64,000 nt of DNA from Comamonadaceae bacterium (GCA_947450765.1 CANFXC010000002.1:21094-85093); one strand, 5' to 3'; counted from the first letter of the stretch, positions 11,855-23,012 are shown. Numbers and translations are program-made. The notes: a model not told the origin generated them from the sequence alone.

Positions 11855-12088
11855 GGAATTCATTCTAGCGAGCAGTTTGAGTCTCAGCATCATTCGGGGC
11901 CATTGCTGTTTCAGAGCAGACTTTTCAGGAACTCCGCTTATAAACCTAAAGCGTTAAATATTCCAAACAATCAAAGTCAATGAAATTTTTTACAGGTCCC
12001 GTGTCAACCGCTTGTTGCGCCCGCCGTTGTGGGTGTAGTCCATCAAATTTAATGGACGTTGTTTCCAAAACTTAATAGGAAATTCCAA

Positions 12089-12331
12089 ATGAGCAAAATT
12101 CTCGCCATCATGATCTCTGGTCTGTTCGCTGCGACTGCTTTCGCACAAGCCCCGGCAGCTAAGCCAGCTGCTGCGCCTGCGGCCGTTGCGGCACCTGCCG
12201 CGGCACCCGCTGCCCCTGCCGCAAAAGCTGAGAAAGTTGAGAAAAAAGCTGAAAAGAAAGCTGCCAAGAAAGAAAAGGCCGCCGCGGCTCCAGTTGCCAA
12301 GAAAGAAGAAGCTAAGCCTGCTGCAAAGTAA
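12089..12331 (+). CDS. Small secreted Ala/Lys/Pro-rich protein
   Basis: AGGA RBS, signal peptide MSKILAIMISGLFAATAFA, low-complexity mature part, own terminator. Confidence 0.8.
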   Translation: MSKILAIMISGLFAATAFAQAPAAKPAAAPAAVAAPAAAPAAPAAKAEKVEKKAEKKAAKKEKAAAAPVAKKEEAKPAAK

Positions 12332-12344
12332 CGCTTAGTTTTGC

Positions 12345-12372
12345 AAAAAAACCCGCTTCGGCGGGTTCTTTT
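12345..12372 (+). terminator. Intrinsic terminator
   Basis: AACCCGC-TTCG-GCGGGTT hairpin (cUUCGg loop) followed by CTTTT. Confidence 0.85.
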
Positions 12373-12442
12373 CGTTCCGATTTTTGCCGCTATTTTGTCA
12401 ACCTTTACGCAGCGGCAACAAGCGGCCTTTATCATGCGAGTC

Positions 12443-12934
12443 ATGAACCAACGTCTTTCGCCGCCAACTCTCACAGCCTCGCGAACCATCAAATCTCTAG
12501 TAGTGGCTATCGCCCTCTTCGGCTCAGTCGCCGTTTTTGCTCAAAACGCCCCTCAACTGGACTTGCAACGCACGATGTTGACAGCCGGCATGTACCAAAT
12601 CACGGCACAAGTTGCGCTCTCGCCCCAACAGAGAGAAATCGGTCTGATGTTTCGGAAAGAAATGCCGCAACAAGAAGGCATGATTTTCATTTTTGAGGAG
12701 CCTTCCCAGCAGTGCTTCTGGATGAAAAACACGCTGCTGCCGTTGACCGCCGCATTTGTGGCCGACGATGGCACCATCGTCAACCTCGTCGACATGAAGC
12801 CGCAGACCACCGACTCGCACTGCTCGGCCAAGCCGGTTCGCTTTGTGCTGGAGATGAACCAGGGCTGGTTTGCCAAAAAAGGGATCAAAGCTGGCGCCCG
12901 TCTTGGCGGTGCGCCCTTTGAGGCCAAGCGCTAA
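12443..12934 (+). CDS. DUF192 family exported protein
   Basis: REIGLMFR, GMIFIF, FWMKNT..PL, VLEMNQG. N-terminal signal-like segment; start uncertain. Confidence 0.85.
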   Translation: MNQRLSPPTLTASRTIKSLVVAIALFGSVAVFAQNAPQLDLQRTMLTAGMYQITAQVALSPQQREIGLMFRKEMPQQEGMIFIFEEPSQQCFWMKNTLLPLTAAFVADDGTIVNLVDMKPQTTDSHCSAKPVRFVLEMNQGWFAKKGIKAGARLGGAPFEAKR

Positions 12935-12940
12935 AAATTT

Positions 12941-14632
12941 TTAGGCTGCGGCTTTGGCCTGACGCGTGATGGCCGACAGCGTCCCGCGCGTGCTGATGAC
13001 TTCCAGGTCCAGCATGACTTCAATCAGCGTGCCTTCAGCGCGACTCAATGCGGCCAACAACTCAGCTTCAAATTCGCCTGTACGCGTGATGCGCACGCCG
13101 GCATAACCGTAAGCACGGGCCAGCGCGGCAAAGTCAGGGTTCTTCAAGCGCGAACCGCTTTCATGCTCGGGGTACTCGCGCTCTTGGTGCATGCGAATGG
13201 TGCCGTACATGCCGTTGTTGAGCAAGACGATGATGGTTTTGGCGCCGTGTTGCACGGCGGTCGCCAACTCTTGACCATTCATCAAAAAGTCGCCGTCACC
13301 GGCAATGGTGAAAACCACCCGTCCGGTGGTGATGGCCGCCGCAATGCCAGCGGGCACACCGTAGCCCATGGCGCCCACGGTGGGTGCGAGCTGCGTCTTG
13401 TGGCCTTTGACAAGACCGTGGTGTTTGTAAAAGCGATGCATCCAACTGGCGAAGTTGCCGGCACCGTTGGTCAGCACGGCGTCCTCAGGCAAATGCTTTT
13501 GCAGCAAACCCACAATGGCTGGCATATCAACATCACCGGGCAGCGCTTGCGGCACCAAGTTACCCAAGTAATCCGCATGGGCTGACGCGGTCCAAGCTTC
13601 CCACGCCACCGACACGGGCGCGGTCAATACTTCCAGTGAGCGGGCCGCTGCATTCATCGTCGCGTTGATGGCCAAGTCGGCCTGAAAGACGCGATTGAGT
13701 TCTTCAGCGCTGGCGTGAATGTGCACCAGCTTTTGCAGCGGCTTGGGCGCTTCGATCAGCGTGTAGTTGCCGGTCGTCATCTCGCCCAAGCGAGGGCCAA
13801 TGGCAATGATCAAGTCGCACTCTTTGATACGTGCGGCCAGCTTGGGATTCAGACCAATACCGACATCTCCAGCGTACAGCGGATGGTGGTTGTCAAAGGT
13901 GTCCTGAAAACGAAAAGCGTTGCCCACGGGCAGTTGCCAATTTTCGGCAAAGCGTTGCAAGGCTTGTGCGGCTTGCGGGGTCCAACCACCACCACCCGCA
14001 ATCACCAACGGTCGCTTGGACGCCAACAGCATCTCGCGCAGCGTGCGCAAAGAACCCGGATCGCTCCAGGCCTGCACCGCCTCAACCCTGGGCAAGGGTT
14101 GTGCGGCAGTCATTTCTGTCAGCATGTCTTCAGGCAACACCAGCACCACCGGTCCGGGCCGACCATTCATCGCGGTGGCAAAAGCGCGGGCAATGTATTC
14201 AGGAATGCGATTGGCGTCGTCTATGCGCTCGACACGTTTGGCAAAACCTTTGGTGCTGGGCCCGAAGAAGCTGGCGTAATCGACCTCTTGGAAGGCTTCG
14301 CGATCACGGCAATCGCTGGCCACGTCACCAACCAGCAGCACCATCGGCGTCGAATCTTGAAAGGCCGTATGCACCCCAATCGACGCGTTGGTTGCGCCAG
14401 GCCCGCGGGTCACCATGCAGACGCCGGGCCGCCCGGTGAGCTTGCCATGGGCTTCGGCCATGAAGGCGGCACCCCCCTCTTGCCGACAAATCACAAAGTC
14501 AATTTGTCCTTGACGCGCATGCAGTCCGTCCAGTACAGCGAGATAACTTTCGCCCGGGACGCCAAAGGCGTGGGTCACGCCCTGGGCGATCAGGCAGTCA
14601 ACGAGAAGGTGGCCGGCAAGTTGTTTTGTCAT
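12941..14632 (-). CDS. Thiamine pyrophosphate-dependent enzyme (acetolactate synthase large subunit-like)
   Basis: FGVPGES, TRGPGATN, GDGDFLM...LNNGMYG TPP motif. Confidence 0.88.
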   Translation of the reverse strand: MTKQLAGHLLVDCLIAQGVTHAFGVPGESYLAVLDGLHARQGQIDFVICRQEGGAAFMAEAHGKLTGRPGVCMVTRGPGATNASIGVHTAFQDSTPMVLLVGDVASDCRDREAFQEVDYASFFGPSTKGFAKRVERIDDANRIPEYIARAFATAMNGRPGPVVLVLPEDMLTEMTAAQPLPRVEAVQAWSDPGSLRTLREMLLASKRPLVIAGGGGWTPQAAQALQRFAENWQLPVGNAFRFQDTFDNHHPLYAGDVGIGLNPKLAARIKECDLIIAIGPRLGEMTTGNYTLIEAPKPLQKLVHIHASAEELNRVFQADLAINATMNAAARSLEVLTAPVSVAWEAWTASAHADYLGNLVPQALPGDVDMPAIVGLLQKHLPEDAVLTNGAGNFASWMHRFYKHHGLVKGHKTQLAPTVGAMGYGVPAGIAAAITTGRVVFTIAGDGDFLMNGQELATAVQHGAKTIIVLLNNGMYGTIRMHQEREYPEHESGSRLKNPDFAALARAYGYAGVRITRTGEFEAELLAALSRAEGTLIEVMLDLEVISTRGTLSAITRQAKAAA

Positions 14633-14674
14633 GCCGATATTGTGCCGCGACTGGAGGCCAGATTTCGCCGTGAG

Positions 14675-14986
14675 TTACTCGGGTGTGCTGATGTCGTTGT
14701 CCGCACCACCAGCCTCAAGGGCTTGTCGTTCAAGTTCTGCGTCAGACAAAGGTGGCGTGTTTTCCAGCGCCTGCAACTCCGCCAGAAATTCCGGCGTTGG
14801 GGTTACATGCTCGAGTAAAACCTCTTCAAGTTTTTGCACACTGGTCTCCACGGGCACAGAGTCAGAATGGAGTTCAGTTGGCATGACAGGAAATTTCTCA
14901 CCCAGCTCGAACTTCAACGCCTCGGTTTTTTCGTCGACCCAATGGGCGAATTCGCCCTCAGCTGATGGCGTTTTGGGATGCGTCAA
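14675..14986 (-). CDS. Hypothetical acidic protein (~103 aa)
   Basis: AAGGAG 6 nt before an in-frame TTG at 14986. Fills the gap between the MFS and TPP-enzyme genes on the same strand. Confidence 0.55.
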   Translation of the reverse strand: MTHPKTPSAEGEFAHWVDEKTEALKFELGEKFPVMPTELHSDSVPVETSVQKLEEVLLEHVTPTPEFLAELQALENTPPLSDAELERQALEAGGADNDISTPE

Positions 14987-15100
14987 GATCTTCTCCTTGC
15001 CTGACTGGCAGGCTGACAGATGAGCCGGCCCGAGAAGGACGCGGCAGACTTTCATTATGAAGAAAGGAAGTCTTTAGCGCCAGCAGCGTGGCGTGAAATA

Positions 15101-16336
15101 TCAAGCCGTCGAAAGCGCTGTGCGGCGCACGCGCCGAACGCTGAACGCGCTGACGATCAAAACGCCTTGGACCAAGGCCAAGCCGAGCAGCACGCCTCGG
15201 AAATTATCATGGTCCATCATCACACCAAAGATCAGGGGCGAGAGGGCCTGCCCAATGTCTAACCCCGAATACACCACGCCGTAAACACGACCACTGGCGT
15301 TGTCAGGGGTTGAGCGTTTCACCAACAAGTCGCGTGACGGGGCCGCCAGACCGGACGAAAAGCCCATCAACGCAAACAGCACCGGCACGATAATTGGCGA
15401 GGAAAAACTGCCGAGAGCCAAGGTCACGGACATGATCGCGGCAAAACCAAAACCCAGGCCCACAATCCGCTCACAACGCTCCGGATTGGCTGCCAGAAAA
15501 CCGCCGCTGACCATACCGCAAGCACTGCCCACCATGAAGACCGTCAGGCACATCGCCACCAAAGACAGAGGCACGTCATGCAGACGACGCGCCGCTTCAG
15601 GGGCAAAGGCCTGCACGATGCTCAAGCCGATGGCGTAAACAAAAAAGAATGAAAAGCACATCCAGACTGCCGGGATTTTCAGAAAATCAAGACTGCTTTC
15701 GGGGCCGACCGTTGCCGAAACCTTGGCAGGCGGCGCCGGCGGCAGCGTCAGTTGGCGGCGGTTCAAAACCAGCACGGCTAGCACGGCGAAGGCCACCAAA
15801 GCAGCCGCCATCAACGCAAGCCGCCATGAATAGGCCAGCGTCAAGCTGACCACCAGTGCCGGTGACAAAGCCCAACCGAGACTGCCGGTGATGCCGTGAA
15901 CGCTGTAGGCGTGACCCAAACGCGATGAACTCACCTTGCGGTTGAGCAAGGTGTAGTCGACGGGGTGAAACACACCATTGCCAATGCCAGCCAACACAGC
16001 AAAACCGGCGAGCATCCAGTAACTGGTGCTGATGGCATAACCGAAGGCCGCCAAGCCCACCAAGCTCAGCCCCGCGAAAAGAATCGGCCGCGGTCCGAAC
16101 CGATCGACGACAAACCCAGAGACCGTCTGCACCGCGCAGGAAACGACGAAAAAAATCGTCATCAAAAAGCCGAGCTGGGCGTAATTCACACTGAACTCGT
16201 CCTTGAGCCAGGGAAAAAGCGATGGCAATAAAAGTTGACTGAAATGGCTGACCATGTGCGCCAGACCGACCAGTCCAATCACGCCGGCGTCACGGCTCAG
16301 CGGGACGCTGTTATTCAAGGTTGGGGCTGTCGTCAT
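15101..16336 (-). CDS. MFS transporter (Fsr-like)
   Basis: ~12 hydrophobic segments, motif A GFVVDRFGPR, GNGVFHP. Confidence 0.88.
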   Translation of the reverse strand: MTTAPTLNNSVPLSRDAGVIGLVGLAHMVSHFSQLLLPSLFPWLKDEFSVNYAQLGFLMTIFFVVSCAVQTVSGFVVDRFGPRPILFAGLSLVGLAAFGYAISTSYWMLAGFAVLAGIGNGVFHPVDYTLLNRKVSSSRLGHAYSVHGITGSLGWALSPALVVSLTLAYSWRLALMAAALVAFAVLAVLVLNRRQLTLPPAPPAKVSATVGPESSLDFLKIPAVWMCFSFFFVYAIGLSIVQAFAPEAARRLHDVPLSLVAMCLTVFMVGSACGMVSGGFLAANPERCERIVGLGFGFAAIMSVTLALGSFSSPIIVPVLFALMGFSSGLAAPSRDLLVKRSTPDNASGRVYGVVYSGLDIGQALSPLIFGVMMDHDNFRGVLLGLALVQGVLIVSAFSVRRVRRTALSTA

Positions 16337-16378
16337 GGTGATGTCAAAATAATTCTAGAAGTTAAGATCAGCTGAAAA

Positions 16379-17353
16379 TTGTTATCAGGCCTATTTGTGT
16401 CACTTTACCGATGTCCCACCTTGCTGGATCTTTCAGGTGTTGCACCAATTGTGCGCGTCTCATTCAGATCGTCCACAGGCAAAGCCAACCTCATTGTCAT
16501 CTGGCTTGCGACACTCGCGTGTCTGACCGCACTGAACGCTGAGCCAGCGCATGCGCAAACCAAAAGCGACACCGCCCCTCATCAGTCTCTGCTGAATGCA
16601 CTGAACGACGTGCGCTCACGAGGCTGTGGTGGCAACACCAACCCAACGACAGGATTGCGCCATGATCCACGCCTGTCAGCAGCGGCGGCACGCGTTGCAG
16701 GCGGGGTCCAACTGGCCGAAGCCCTGAAATCTGCTGCGTACCGCTCACCACGCACAACGCTGATCGCACTCAGTGGCTACACCAGCGCACGAGCTATATC
16801 GCAAGGCGCTGCTAAGCACTCCTGCAACACGCTGATGGATGCTGAGTTCAAAGATTTAGGATTTTATGCCCGTGGAACGCAGACCTGGATCGTCTTGGCG
16901 GTTCCTTTTTTGCCACCCGAGTCAGCCGATGCGGATCAAATTGAAGCCCGCGTGCTGTCGCTGGTGAACCAGGCTCGCAGCCAACCTCGCCTGTGCGGAA
17001 CCGAAGCATTGACAGCGGCACCGCCGGTGCGGCTGAATATACGGCTTCATGCGGCATCCGCAGCCCATGCAGATGAGATGGCGCGTCTTAATTACTTCAA
17101 CCACACCGGCCATGATGGACGACATGTGTCAGAACGCGCCAACCGGGCTGGCTACGTGTGGCAAGCGATTGGCGAGAACATCGCTTCGGGCCAGATGAAT
17201 GCGGATCTGGCCGTGCAAGGCTGGCTGAAAAGTCCCTCGCATTGCGCCAATTTGATGATGCCCAGCTATACCGAGATGGGACTGGCTTTTGCCGTGAACC
17301 CGCAAAGCGATGGCGGTGTGTATTGGGTTCAGGTGTTTGGATTGCCAAAATAA
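16379..17353 (+). CDS. Secreted CAP/SCP-domain protein with tandem CAP domains
   Basis: LVNQAR, HADEMA...FNHTG, GENIA, WLKSPSHCANLM, YWVQVFG. Degenerate first repeat (LNDVR..GC). True start probably downstream. Confidence 0.8.
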   Translation: MLSGLFVSLYRCPTLLDLSGVAPIVRVSFRSSTGKANLIVIWLATLACLTALNAEPAHAQTKSDTAPHQSLLNALNDVRSRGCGGNTNPTTGLRHDPRLSAAAARVAGGVQLAEALKSAAYRSPRTTLIALSGYTSARAISQGAAKHSCNTLMDAEFKDLGFYARGTQTWIVLAVPFLPPESADADQIEARVLSLVNQARSQPRLCGTEALTAAPPVRLNIRLHAASAAHADEMARLNYFNHTGHDGRHVSERANRAGYVWQAIGENIASGQMNADLAVQGWLKSPSHCANLMMPSYTEMGLAFAVNPQSDGGVYWVQVFGLPK

Positions 17354-17441
17354 GCGCGGAACTGATGCGGATTGGCGTCACCGCTGACACACCCGCAGGC
17401 CCATTTTTGCTACCTTGCGATGAGTCAACTTCGGGCCATCC

Positions 17442-18443
17442 ATGGAATACAAGGACTACTACAAGATCATGGGCGTTGAGCGCAGCGCCAGCGCTGACGA
17501 ACTCAAAAAAGCTCACCGGAAACTTGCACGCAAGTACCACCCCGACGTCAGCCACGAAAAAGATGCCGAGGCTCGATTCAAAGACGTTTCAGAAGCCTAT
17601 GAAGTGCTGCGCGACCCCGAAAAGCGCACGGCCTATGACCAGCTTGGAGCGCATTGGAAAGCTGGACAGGATTTCAGGCCACCGCCCGACTGGAACGCTG
17701 GCGCTGAGCACGCAGGCAGTGGCTTTGACTGGGGTTTTACAAATTCAGGGGCTGGCACAGGGGCTGATTTCAGCGACTTTTTTGAGTCACTCTTCAGCCA
17801 TGGTTTTACCGCGCCACCTAGGCGTGGTTCGGAAAAACGCGGCAACGCGCACACGCGCCGAGCGAGCTTTAGCAGCCGGGGCCAAGACCACCACGCCAAG
17901 ATCCTGATCGACTTGGAAGACGTTTACAGCGGCGCCGCAAAAACACTCAGCCTGCGGTTGCCACAGCCGAACGGCCAAGGGCGCAACGTTGAGGCAACCC
18001 ACCAGATCAGCTTTGACGTGCCCAAAGGTATTCGCGCCGGGCAACACATCCGACTCGCCGGCCAAGGGTCGGCGGGTGCGGGTGGTGGTCAAGCGGGTGA
18101 CTTGTATTTAGAAGTGGCGTTTCGGCCGCGCGCAGCCGGCAGCCCCAATTACCGCGTCGACAAGCATGACGTTTACCTTGACCTGCCCATCACCCCTTGG
18201 GAAGCGGCACTTGGCGCGGAGGTTGAAGCGCCCACGCCAACCGGAACCGTTGAAGTCAAAATCCCAGCGGCTTCGAGTTCAGGTCGTCAGTTGCGTCTCA
18301 AAGGTCGCGGCATTCCGGGCAGCACACCCGGTGACTTTTATTTTGTGCTGCAGTTGGTCACGCCGCCGGCCCACACCGAAAGCGACAAGTCGCTTTACAT
18401 AGACATGGCGCAGCAGTTCAAATCATTCAAGCCGCGGGGCTAG
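17442..18443 (+). CDS. cbpA: DnaJ class B / CbpA-like co-chaperone
   Basis: [36 protein letters not shown]. No zinc finger. Confidence 0.82.
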   Translation: MEYKDYYKIMGVERSASADELKKAHRKLARKYHPDVSHEKDAEARFKDVSEAYEVLRDPEKRTAYDQLGAHWKAGQDFRPPPDWNAGAEHAGSGFDWGFTNSGAGTGADFSDFFESLFSHGFTAPPRRGSEKRGNAHTRRASFSSRGQDHHAKILIDLEDVYSGAAKTLSLRLPQPNGQGRNVEATHQISFDVPKGIRAGQHIRLAGQGSAGAGGGQAGDLYLEVAFRPRAAGSPNYRVDKHDVYLDLPITPWEAALGAEVEAPTPTGTVEVKIPAASSSGRQLRLKGRGIPGSTPGDFYFVLQLVTPPAHTESDKSLYIDMAQQFKSFKPRG

Positions 18444-21030
18444 CGCCAAAGCTGAACACGCCAGGATCACGGATCGGATCGACATCCACGGGGATCGTAC
18501 TCTTTGGCGGAAAGCGCCCTTCGAGCAGCAACTTGCTCAGTGGATTCTCAATCCGTTGCTGAATCGCACGCTTAAGCGGCCGCGCCCCAAACACAGGGTC
18601 AAAACCCACCTTGGCCAACTCGGCAATCGCGGCTTCGGAGACTTCCATCGTCAGGTCCATCTTCTGCAGGCGCGCCATCAGCACCTTGAGCTGGATGCGG
18701 GCAATCGACTCGATGTTGCTCGCGTCGAGGGCGTGGAAAACAACCGTCTCGTCGATGCGGTTCAAAAACTCAGGCCGAAAGTAGTTCTTCAACTCGTCGG
18801 TCACGGCGTCTTTGATGTCCTCATACGGTTGGCCGACCATCGACTGAATGATGGGCGAGCCAATGTTGCTGGTCATCACAATCACGGTGTTTTTGAAGTC
18901 GACGGTGCGACCTTGGCCGTCGGTCAACCGGCCATCGTCGAGCACTTGCAGCAAGACGTTGAAAACATCTGGGTGGGCTTTTTCAACTTCGTCGAGCAGC
19001 AACACGCTGTAGGGTTTGCGGCGCACGGCTTCAGTCAAATAACCGCCTTCTTCGTAACCGACATAACCCGGTGGTGCACCGATCAAGCGAGCGACTGAAT
19101 GCTTCTCCATGAACTCGCTCATGTCGACGCGAATCAGGTGGTCTTCGCTGTCAAACAAGAAACCAGCCAGTGCCTTACACAGCTCGGTCTTACCAACGCC
19201 GGTAGGGCCTAAGAAAAGGAAAGAACCTGTCGGGCGATTCGGGTCACTCAGGCCCGAGCGTGAACGGCGGATGGCGTTGGCCACAGCGCCAATGGCTTCG
19301 TTCTGGCCGACCACACGCTCGTGCAATTTGCCTTCCATTTGCAGCAATTTGTCGCGCTCACCCTGCAGCATTTTGGACACAGGAATGCCCGTGGCGCGGC
19401 TCACCACTTCGGCAATTTCTTCGGCGCCCACTTGCGTGCGCAGCAGCCGGGGAGCGTTGGTCGCGCCCTTTTGCTCTTCGTGATCTTTGGCGGCTTTCAG
19501 GCGCTTTTCAAGTTCGGGCAGCTTGCCGTATTGCAGCTCTGCGACTTTGTTGAAGTCACCTTTGCGCTTGAGCTCTTCGATTTGAAAGCGCGTCTTTTCG
19601 ATCTCTTCCATGACGTCTTTGGAGCCCAGGGCTTGCGCCTTTTCAGCCTGCCAGATTTCGTCAAAGTCGGAGATTTCCTTTTGCAGCTTGACGATTTCTT
19701 CTTCAATCAAACTGAAGCGCTTTTGCGAGGACTCGTCTTTTTCGCGGCGCACGGCTTCGCGTTCGATTTGCAGTTGAATCAGCCGGCGGTCTAGCTTGTC
19801 CATGACCTCAGGCTTGGAGTCCATCTCGATCTTGATCTTTGCCGCGGCTTCGTCGATCAAGTCAATCGCCTTGTCCGGCAAAAAGCGATCGGTGATGTAG
19901 CGGTGGCTCAGCTCGGCCGCAGCCACAATGGCCGGATCGGTGATCTGCACGCCGTGGTGGACTTCGTACTTTTCCTGCAAACCGCGCAGAATGGCAATCG
20001 TCGCCTCCACCGTCGGCTCACCGACCAAAATCTTTTGAAAGCGACGCTCCAAGGCGGCGTCTTTTTCAATGTACTTGCGGTATTCGTCGAGCGTGGTGGC
20101 GCCCACGCAATGCAACTCGCCGCGCGCCAAGGCGGGCTTGAGCATGTTGCCCGCGTCCATTGCGCCCTCGCCTTTGCCTGCGCCCACCATGGTGTGCAGC
20201 TCGTCAATGAAAACGATGGTTTGGCCTTCGTCTTTGGCGAGCTCTTTCAGCACGGTTTTCAGGCGCTCTTCAAACTCACCGCGAAACTTGGCGCCGGCCA
20301 GCAAGGCAGCCATGTCGAGTGACAACACACGCTTGCCCTTGAGCGAATCCGGCACTTCACCGGCGACAATACGCTGCGCCAAGCCTTCGACAATTGCGGT
20401 CTTGCCGACGCCCGGCTCACCGATCAGCACCGGGTTGTTTTTGGTCCGGCGCTGCAGCACCTGAATGGCCCTGCGGATTTCATCGTCGCGGCCAATCACC
20501 GGGTCGAGCTTGCCCATGCGGGCGCGCTCGGTCAGGTCCATGGTGTATTTTTTCAGAGCTTCGCGTTGGCCTTCGGCCTCTGGGTTGTTGACGTTTTGAC
20601 CGCCGCGCACAGCTTCAATCGCGGCCTCCAAGGACTTGCGTGTCATGCCGTTGCCTTGCGCTACCTTGCCAGCGTCACTCTTGCTGTCGGTCAGCGCCAG
20701 CAAGAAAAGTTCGCCAGCGATGAATTGATCACCACGTTTTATGGCTTCTTTTTCAGTGGCTTGCAACAGCTTGCCCAACTCCGCACTGATCTGGATTTGC
20801 TCCTGCCCTTGCACTTGTGGCAGCTTCTTGACGGCTGCGTCGGTGGCCGACTGCAGCGCCGACATATTGACGCCAGCGCGCTGCAGCAGAGCCCGGGGTC
20901 CTTCTTCTTGCCGTAGCATCGCGGACAGCAGGTGCAGCGGCTCAATGTAGCCATTGTCATTACCCAAGGCCAAGGACTGAGCGTCGCTCAAGGCTTCTTG
21001 GAACTTGGTGGTGAGTTTGTCTTGACGCAT
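18427..21030 (-). CDS. clpB: Chaperone ClpB
   Basis: Two AAA modules plus middle domain ([13 protein letters not shown]), 867 aa. Confidence 0.97.
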   Translation of the reverse strand: MRQDKLTTKFQEALSDAQSLALGNDNGYIEPLHLLSAMLRQEEGPRALLQRAGVNMSALQSATDAAVKKLPQVQGQEQIQISAELGKLLQATEKEAIKRGDQFIAGELFLLALTDSKSDAGKVAQGNGMTRKSLEAAIEAVRGGQNVNNPEAEGQREALKKYTMDLTERARMGKLDPVIGRDDEIRRAIQVLQRRTKNNPVLIGEPGVGKTAIVEGLAQRIVAGEVPDSLKGKRVLSLDMAALLAGAKFRGEFEERLKTVLKELAKDEGQTIVFIDELHTMVGAGKGEGAMDAGNMLKPALARGELHCVGATTLDEYRKYIEKDAALERRFQKILVGEPTVEATIAILRGLQEKYEVHHGVQITDPAIVAAAELSHRYITDRFLPDKAIDLIDEAAAKIKIEMDSKPEVMDKLDRRLIQLQIEREAVRREKDESSQKRFSLIEEEIVKLQKEISDFDEIWQAEKAQALGSKDVMEEIEKTRFQIEELKRKGDFNKVAELQYGKLPELEKRLKAAKDHEEQKGATNAPRLLRTQVGAEEIAEVVSRATGIPVSKMLQGERDKLLQMEGKLHERVVGQNEAIGAVANAIRRSRSGLSDPNRPTGSFLFLGPTGVGKTELCKALAGFLFDSEDHLIRVDMSEFMEKHSVARLIGAPPGYVGYEEGGYLTEAVRRKPYSVLLLDEVEKAHPDVFNVLLQVLDDGRLTDGQGRTVDFKNTVIVMTSNIGSPIIQSMVGQPYEDIKDAVTDELKNYFRPEFLNRIDETVVFHALDASNIESIARIQLKVLMARLQKMDLTMEVSEAAIAELAKVGFDPVFGARPLKRAIQQRIENPLSKLLLEGRFPPKSTIPVDVDPIRDPGVFSFGASPAA

Positions 21031-21060
21031 GCTGGCTCCGAAAAATTAGTACGCCTATCT

Positions 21061-21084
21061 GTGGGGGCTTTCTTATTTTTTCAA
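21061..21084 (-). promoter_or_regulatory. Putative sigma-32 promoter of clpB
   Basis: Minus strand TTGAAA-N12-CCCCAC ~30 nt upstream of clpB, close to the RpoH consensus TTGAAA...CCCCAT. Confidence 0.65.
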
Positions 21085-21148
21085 TAGCTTTCAGATGAAA
21101 ACGTAACAGTTGCGCTGTGAAGTTGAGCTTGACCCTAAAATTAAAGCC

Positions 21149-21757
21149 ATGAATATCCACCAGGTTTGCGTTAGCTACAGCCATGAGCACGACCGCTTTT
21201 TGGTACGCATCAACACCCGTAGCGATGAAGAGGTTCGGCTGTGGTTCACACGCCGTTTGACCTTGGGTCTGCTGCCGCTCCTTGAAAAAGCATCGGCCGA
21301 ACAAATTTCCCGGCAAGCCATTCCACTGAGGCCAGCCGCGCCTCTGGATGAACAGCGCCAACAGCTACTGAAAAACTTCCAGCAAGAAGCCGCCAGCTAC
21401 AACAGCGACTTCCAAACGCCGTACCGTGAAAAGCTCACCGCACTGCCGCTCGGACCTGAGCCTCTGTTGGTGACTGAAGTCAAAATGACAGCGCTTGCGG
21501 GTGGCGAGCTCGAACTCAACATGCTTGAAAAGCTCGCTGAAAACACGCGCACTTTGCATGTCAAGTTGGACGCGCAGCTGTCCCGCGGACTGGTGTCATT
21601 GTTGAACCAGGCCTTGAATACCTCGCATTGGTTGGAAAACGAGATAGGTGTCGCTGTCAAAATCAACGCCGGCAAGATGCCGCCTAAAGAGCGCGAGCAC
21701 GAGCATGAGTCGATGGCGCTTGCGCTCGACGCGGACAAGCCGCGCTACCTGAACTAG
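21149..21757 (+). CDS. Hypothetical protein
   Basis: Long ORF with typical codon usage (MNIHQVCVSY..EHDRFLVRIN..LWFTRR), divergent from clpB. Confidence 0.7.
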   Translation: MNIHQVCVSYSHEHDRFLVRINTRSDEEVRLWFTRRLTLGLLPLLEKASAEQISRQAIPLRPAAPLDEQRQQLLKNFQQEAASYNSDFQTPYREKLTALPLGPEPLLVTEVKMTALAGGELELNMLEKLAENTRTLHVKLDAQLSRGLVSLLNQALNTSHWLENEIGVAVKINAGKMPPKEREHEHESMALALDADKPRYLN

Positions 21758-22998
21758 GCCTTCAACGATTCAAGCGAAAACCCCGCCACCTGCTTGTAAT
21801 GGTCTGAAATTGCCCGCAACTCATCTTGGCTGATGAGTTCATCGATGTTTGCGAACGGTTTTCCGCCGCTGAGTTCGTCAGCCTTCATGATGATGAAATC
21901 CGGCGGCACCGACCGATTCGTCAGCACCACCTTGGCTGTGGCCGGCAAACGAATCGCCTCATAAGCCAACAGCGCCGCCCGCGGGTCTTTGCCCTCTTTG
22001 ACATGGCGCTCCAACAATTCGGCCAAGATGCGGCCATCAATCAAGGCCTGCGCTGAACCGTTGGAGCCGCGCGGGTACATCGGGTGCGCCGCGTCGCCTA
22101 ACATCGTCACACGGCCAAATGTCCACTGCGCGACCGGGTCTTTATCGACCATCGGGTACTCTAAAATTTTGTCAGACTGAGCCATCAGTTCTGCCGCATC
22201 GAGCCACGGAAAACGCCAGTCTTTGAAAATTGGCAACAAGTCCTCCAGCCGCCCTGGACGGTTCCAATCGTTCTTCGCTTCAAGGTCTTGCTGAATTTCA
22301 GCAACCCAGTTGATCAGCTGATTACCTTGCGCGTCAATCTGGTCAACGATAGGATAAATCACCATCTTGCCGGTTTCGATAGAGCCGACGCGCATGTAGC
22401 TGTTGCCTGTGAGGATCGGCTTGTGCCGCGTCACGCCGCGCCACGTGTTGATGCCGGCAAAGGCGACTTTTTCATCCGGGTAAAACTGACGTCGAACCGC
22501 CGAATTGACACCATCGCAAGCGATCACTACATCGGCCTCAAAAGACGGCAATGGGGCACCGGTTGATGACTGCACAAAATGCACCGTCGCGCCGCTGTCG
22601 CTCTGGTCAACACCGACACAACGATGATCCGTTCGAACCGCATCAGGGCCCATACGGGCGAGCACCGCTTCATACAGAATCAGGTGCAGCTTGCCGCGCG
22701 GAACGCCGAGTTCAGGCAGTTCATAACCCGCATGCCGACCCCGCGCCTCCTTGTAGATGAACTGACCAAAGCGGTTAAAAAACACGCTCTCGTGGTTTTC
22801 AATACCGATGGCTTCCAGTTGCGGCAACACACCCAGCGTGGCCAGTTCGCGGACCGCGTGCGGCAGCAGCGTGATGCCAACGCCCAGTTCTTTGACCTCG
22901 GGAACGCTTTCAAAAACTTGGCATGACAGCCCACGCTGATGAAGCGCCAAAGCCAGACTCAGGCCACCAATGCCGCCACCCACAATTGCTATTTTCAT
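21754..22998 (-). CDS. Group A flavin-dependent monooxygenase (PhzS/salicylate hydroxylase-like)
   Basis: GGGIGG FAD motif, ACDGVNSAVR, LGDAAHPMYPRGSNG. Confidence 0.87.
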   Translation of the reverse strand: MKIAIVGGGIGGLSLALALHQRGLSCQVFESVPEVKELGVGITLLPHAVRELATLGVLPQLEAIGIENHESVFFNRFGQFIYKEARGRHAGYELPELGVPRGKLHLILYEAVLARMGPDAVRTDHRCVGVDQSDSGATVHFVQSSTGAPLPSFEADVVIACDGVNSAVRRQFYPDEKVAFAGINTWRGVTRHKPILTGNSYMRVGSIETGKMVIYPIVDQIDAQGNQLINWVAEIQQDLEAKNDWNRPGRLEDLLPIFKDWRFPWLDAAELMAQSDKILEYPMVDKDPVAQWTFGRVTMLGDAAHPMYPRGSNGSAQALIDGRILAELLERHVKEGKDPRAALLAYEAIRLPATAKVVLTNRSVPPDFIIMKADELSGGKPFANIDELISQDELRAISDHYKQVAGFSLESLKA

Positions 22999-23012
22999 GA
23001 TGCGTGTGTTTT

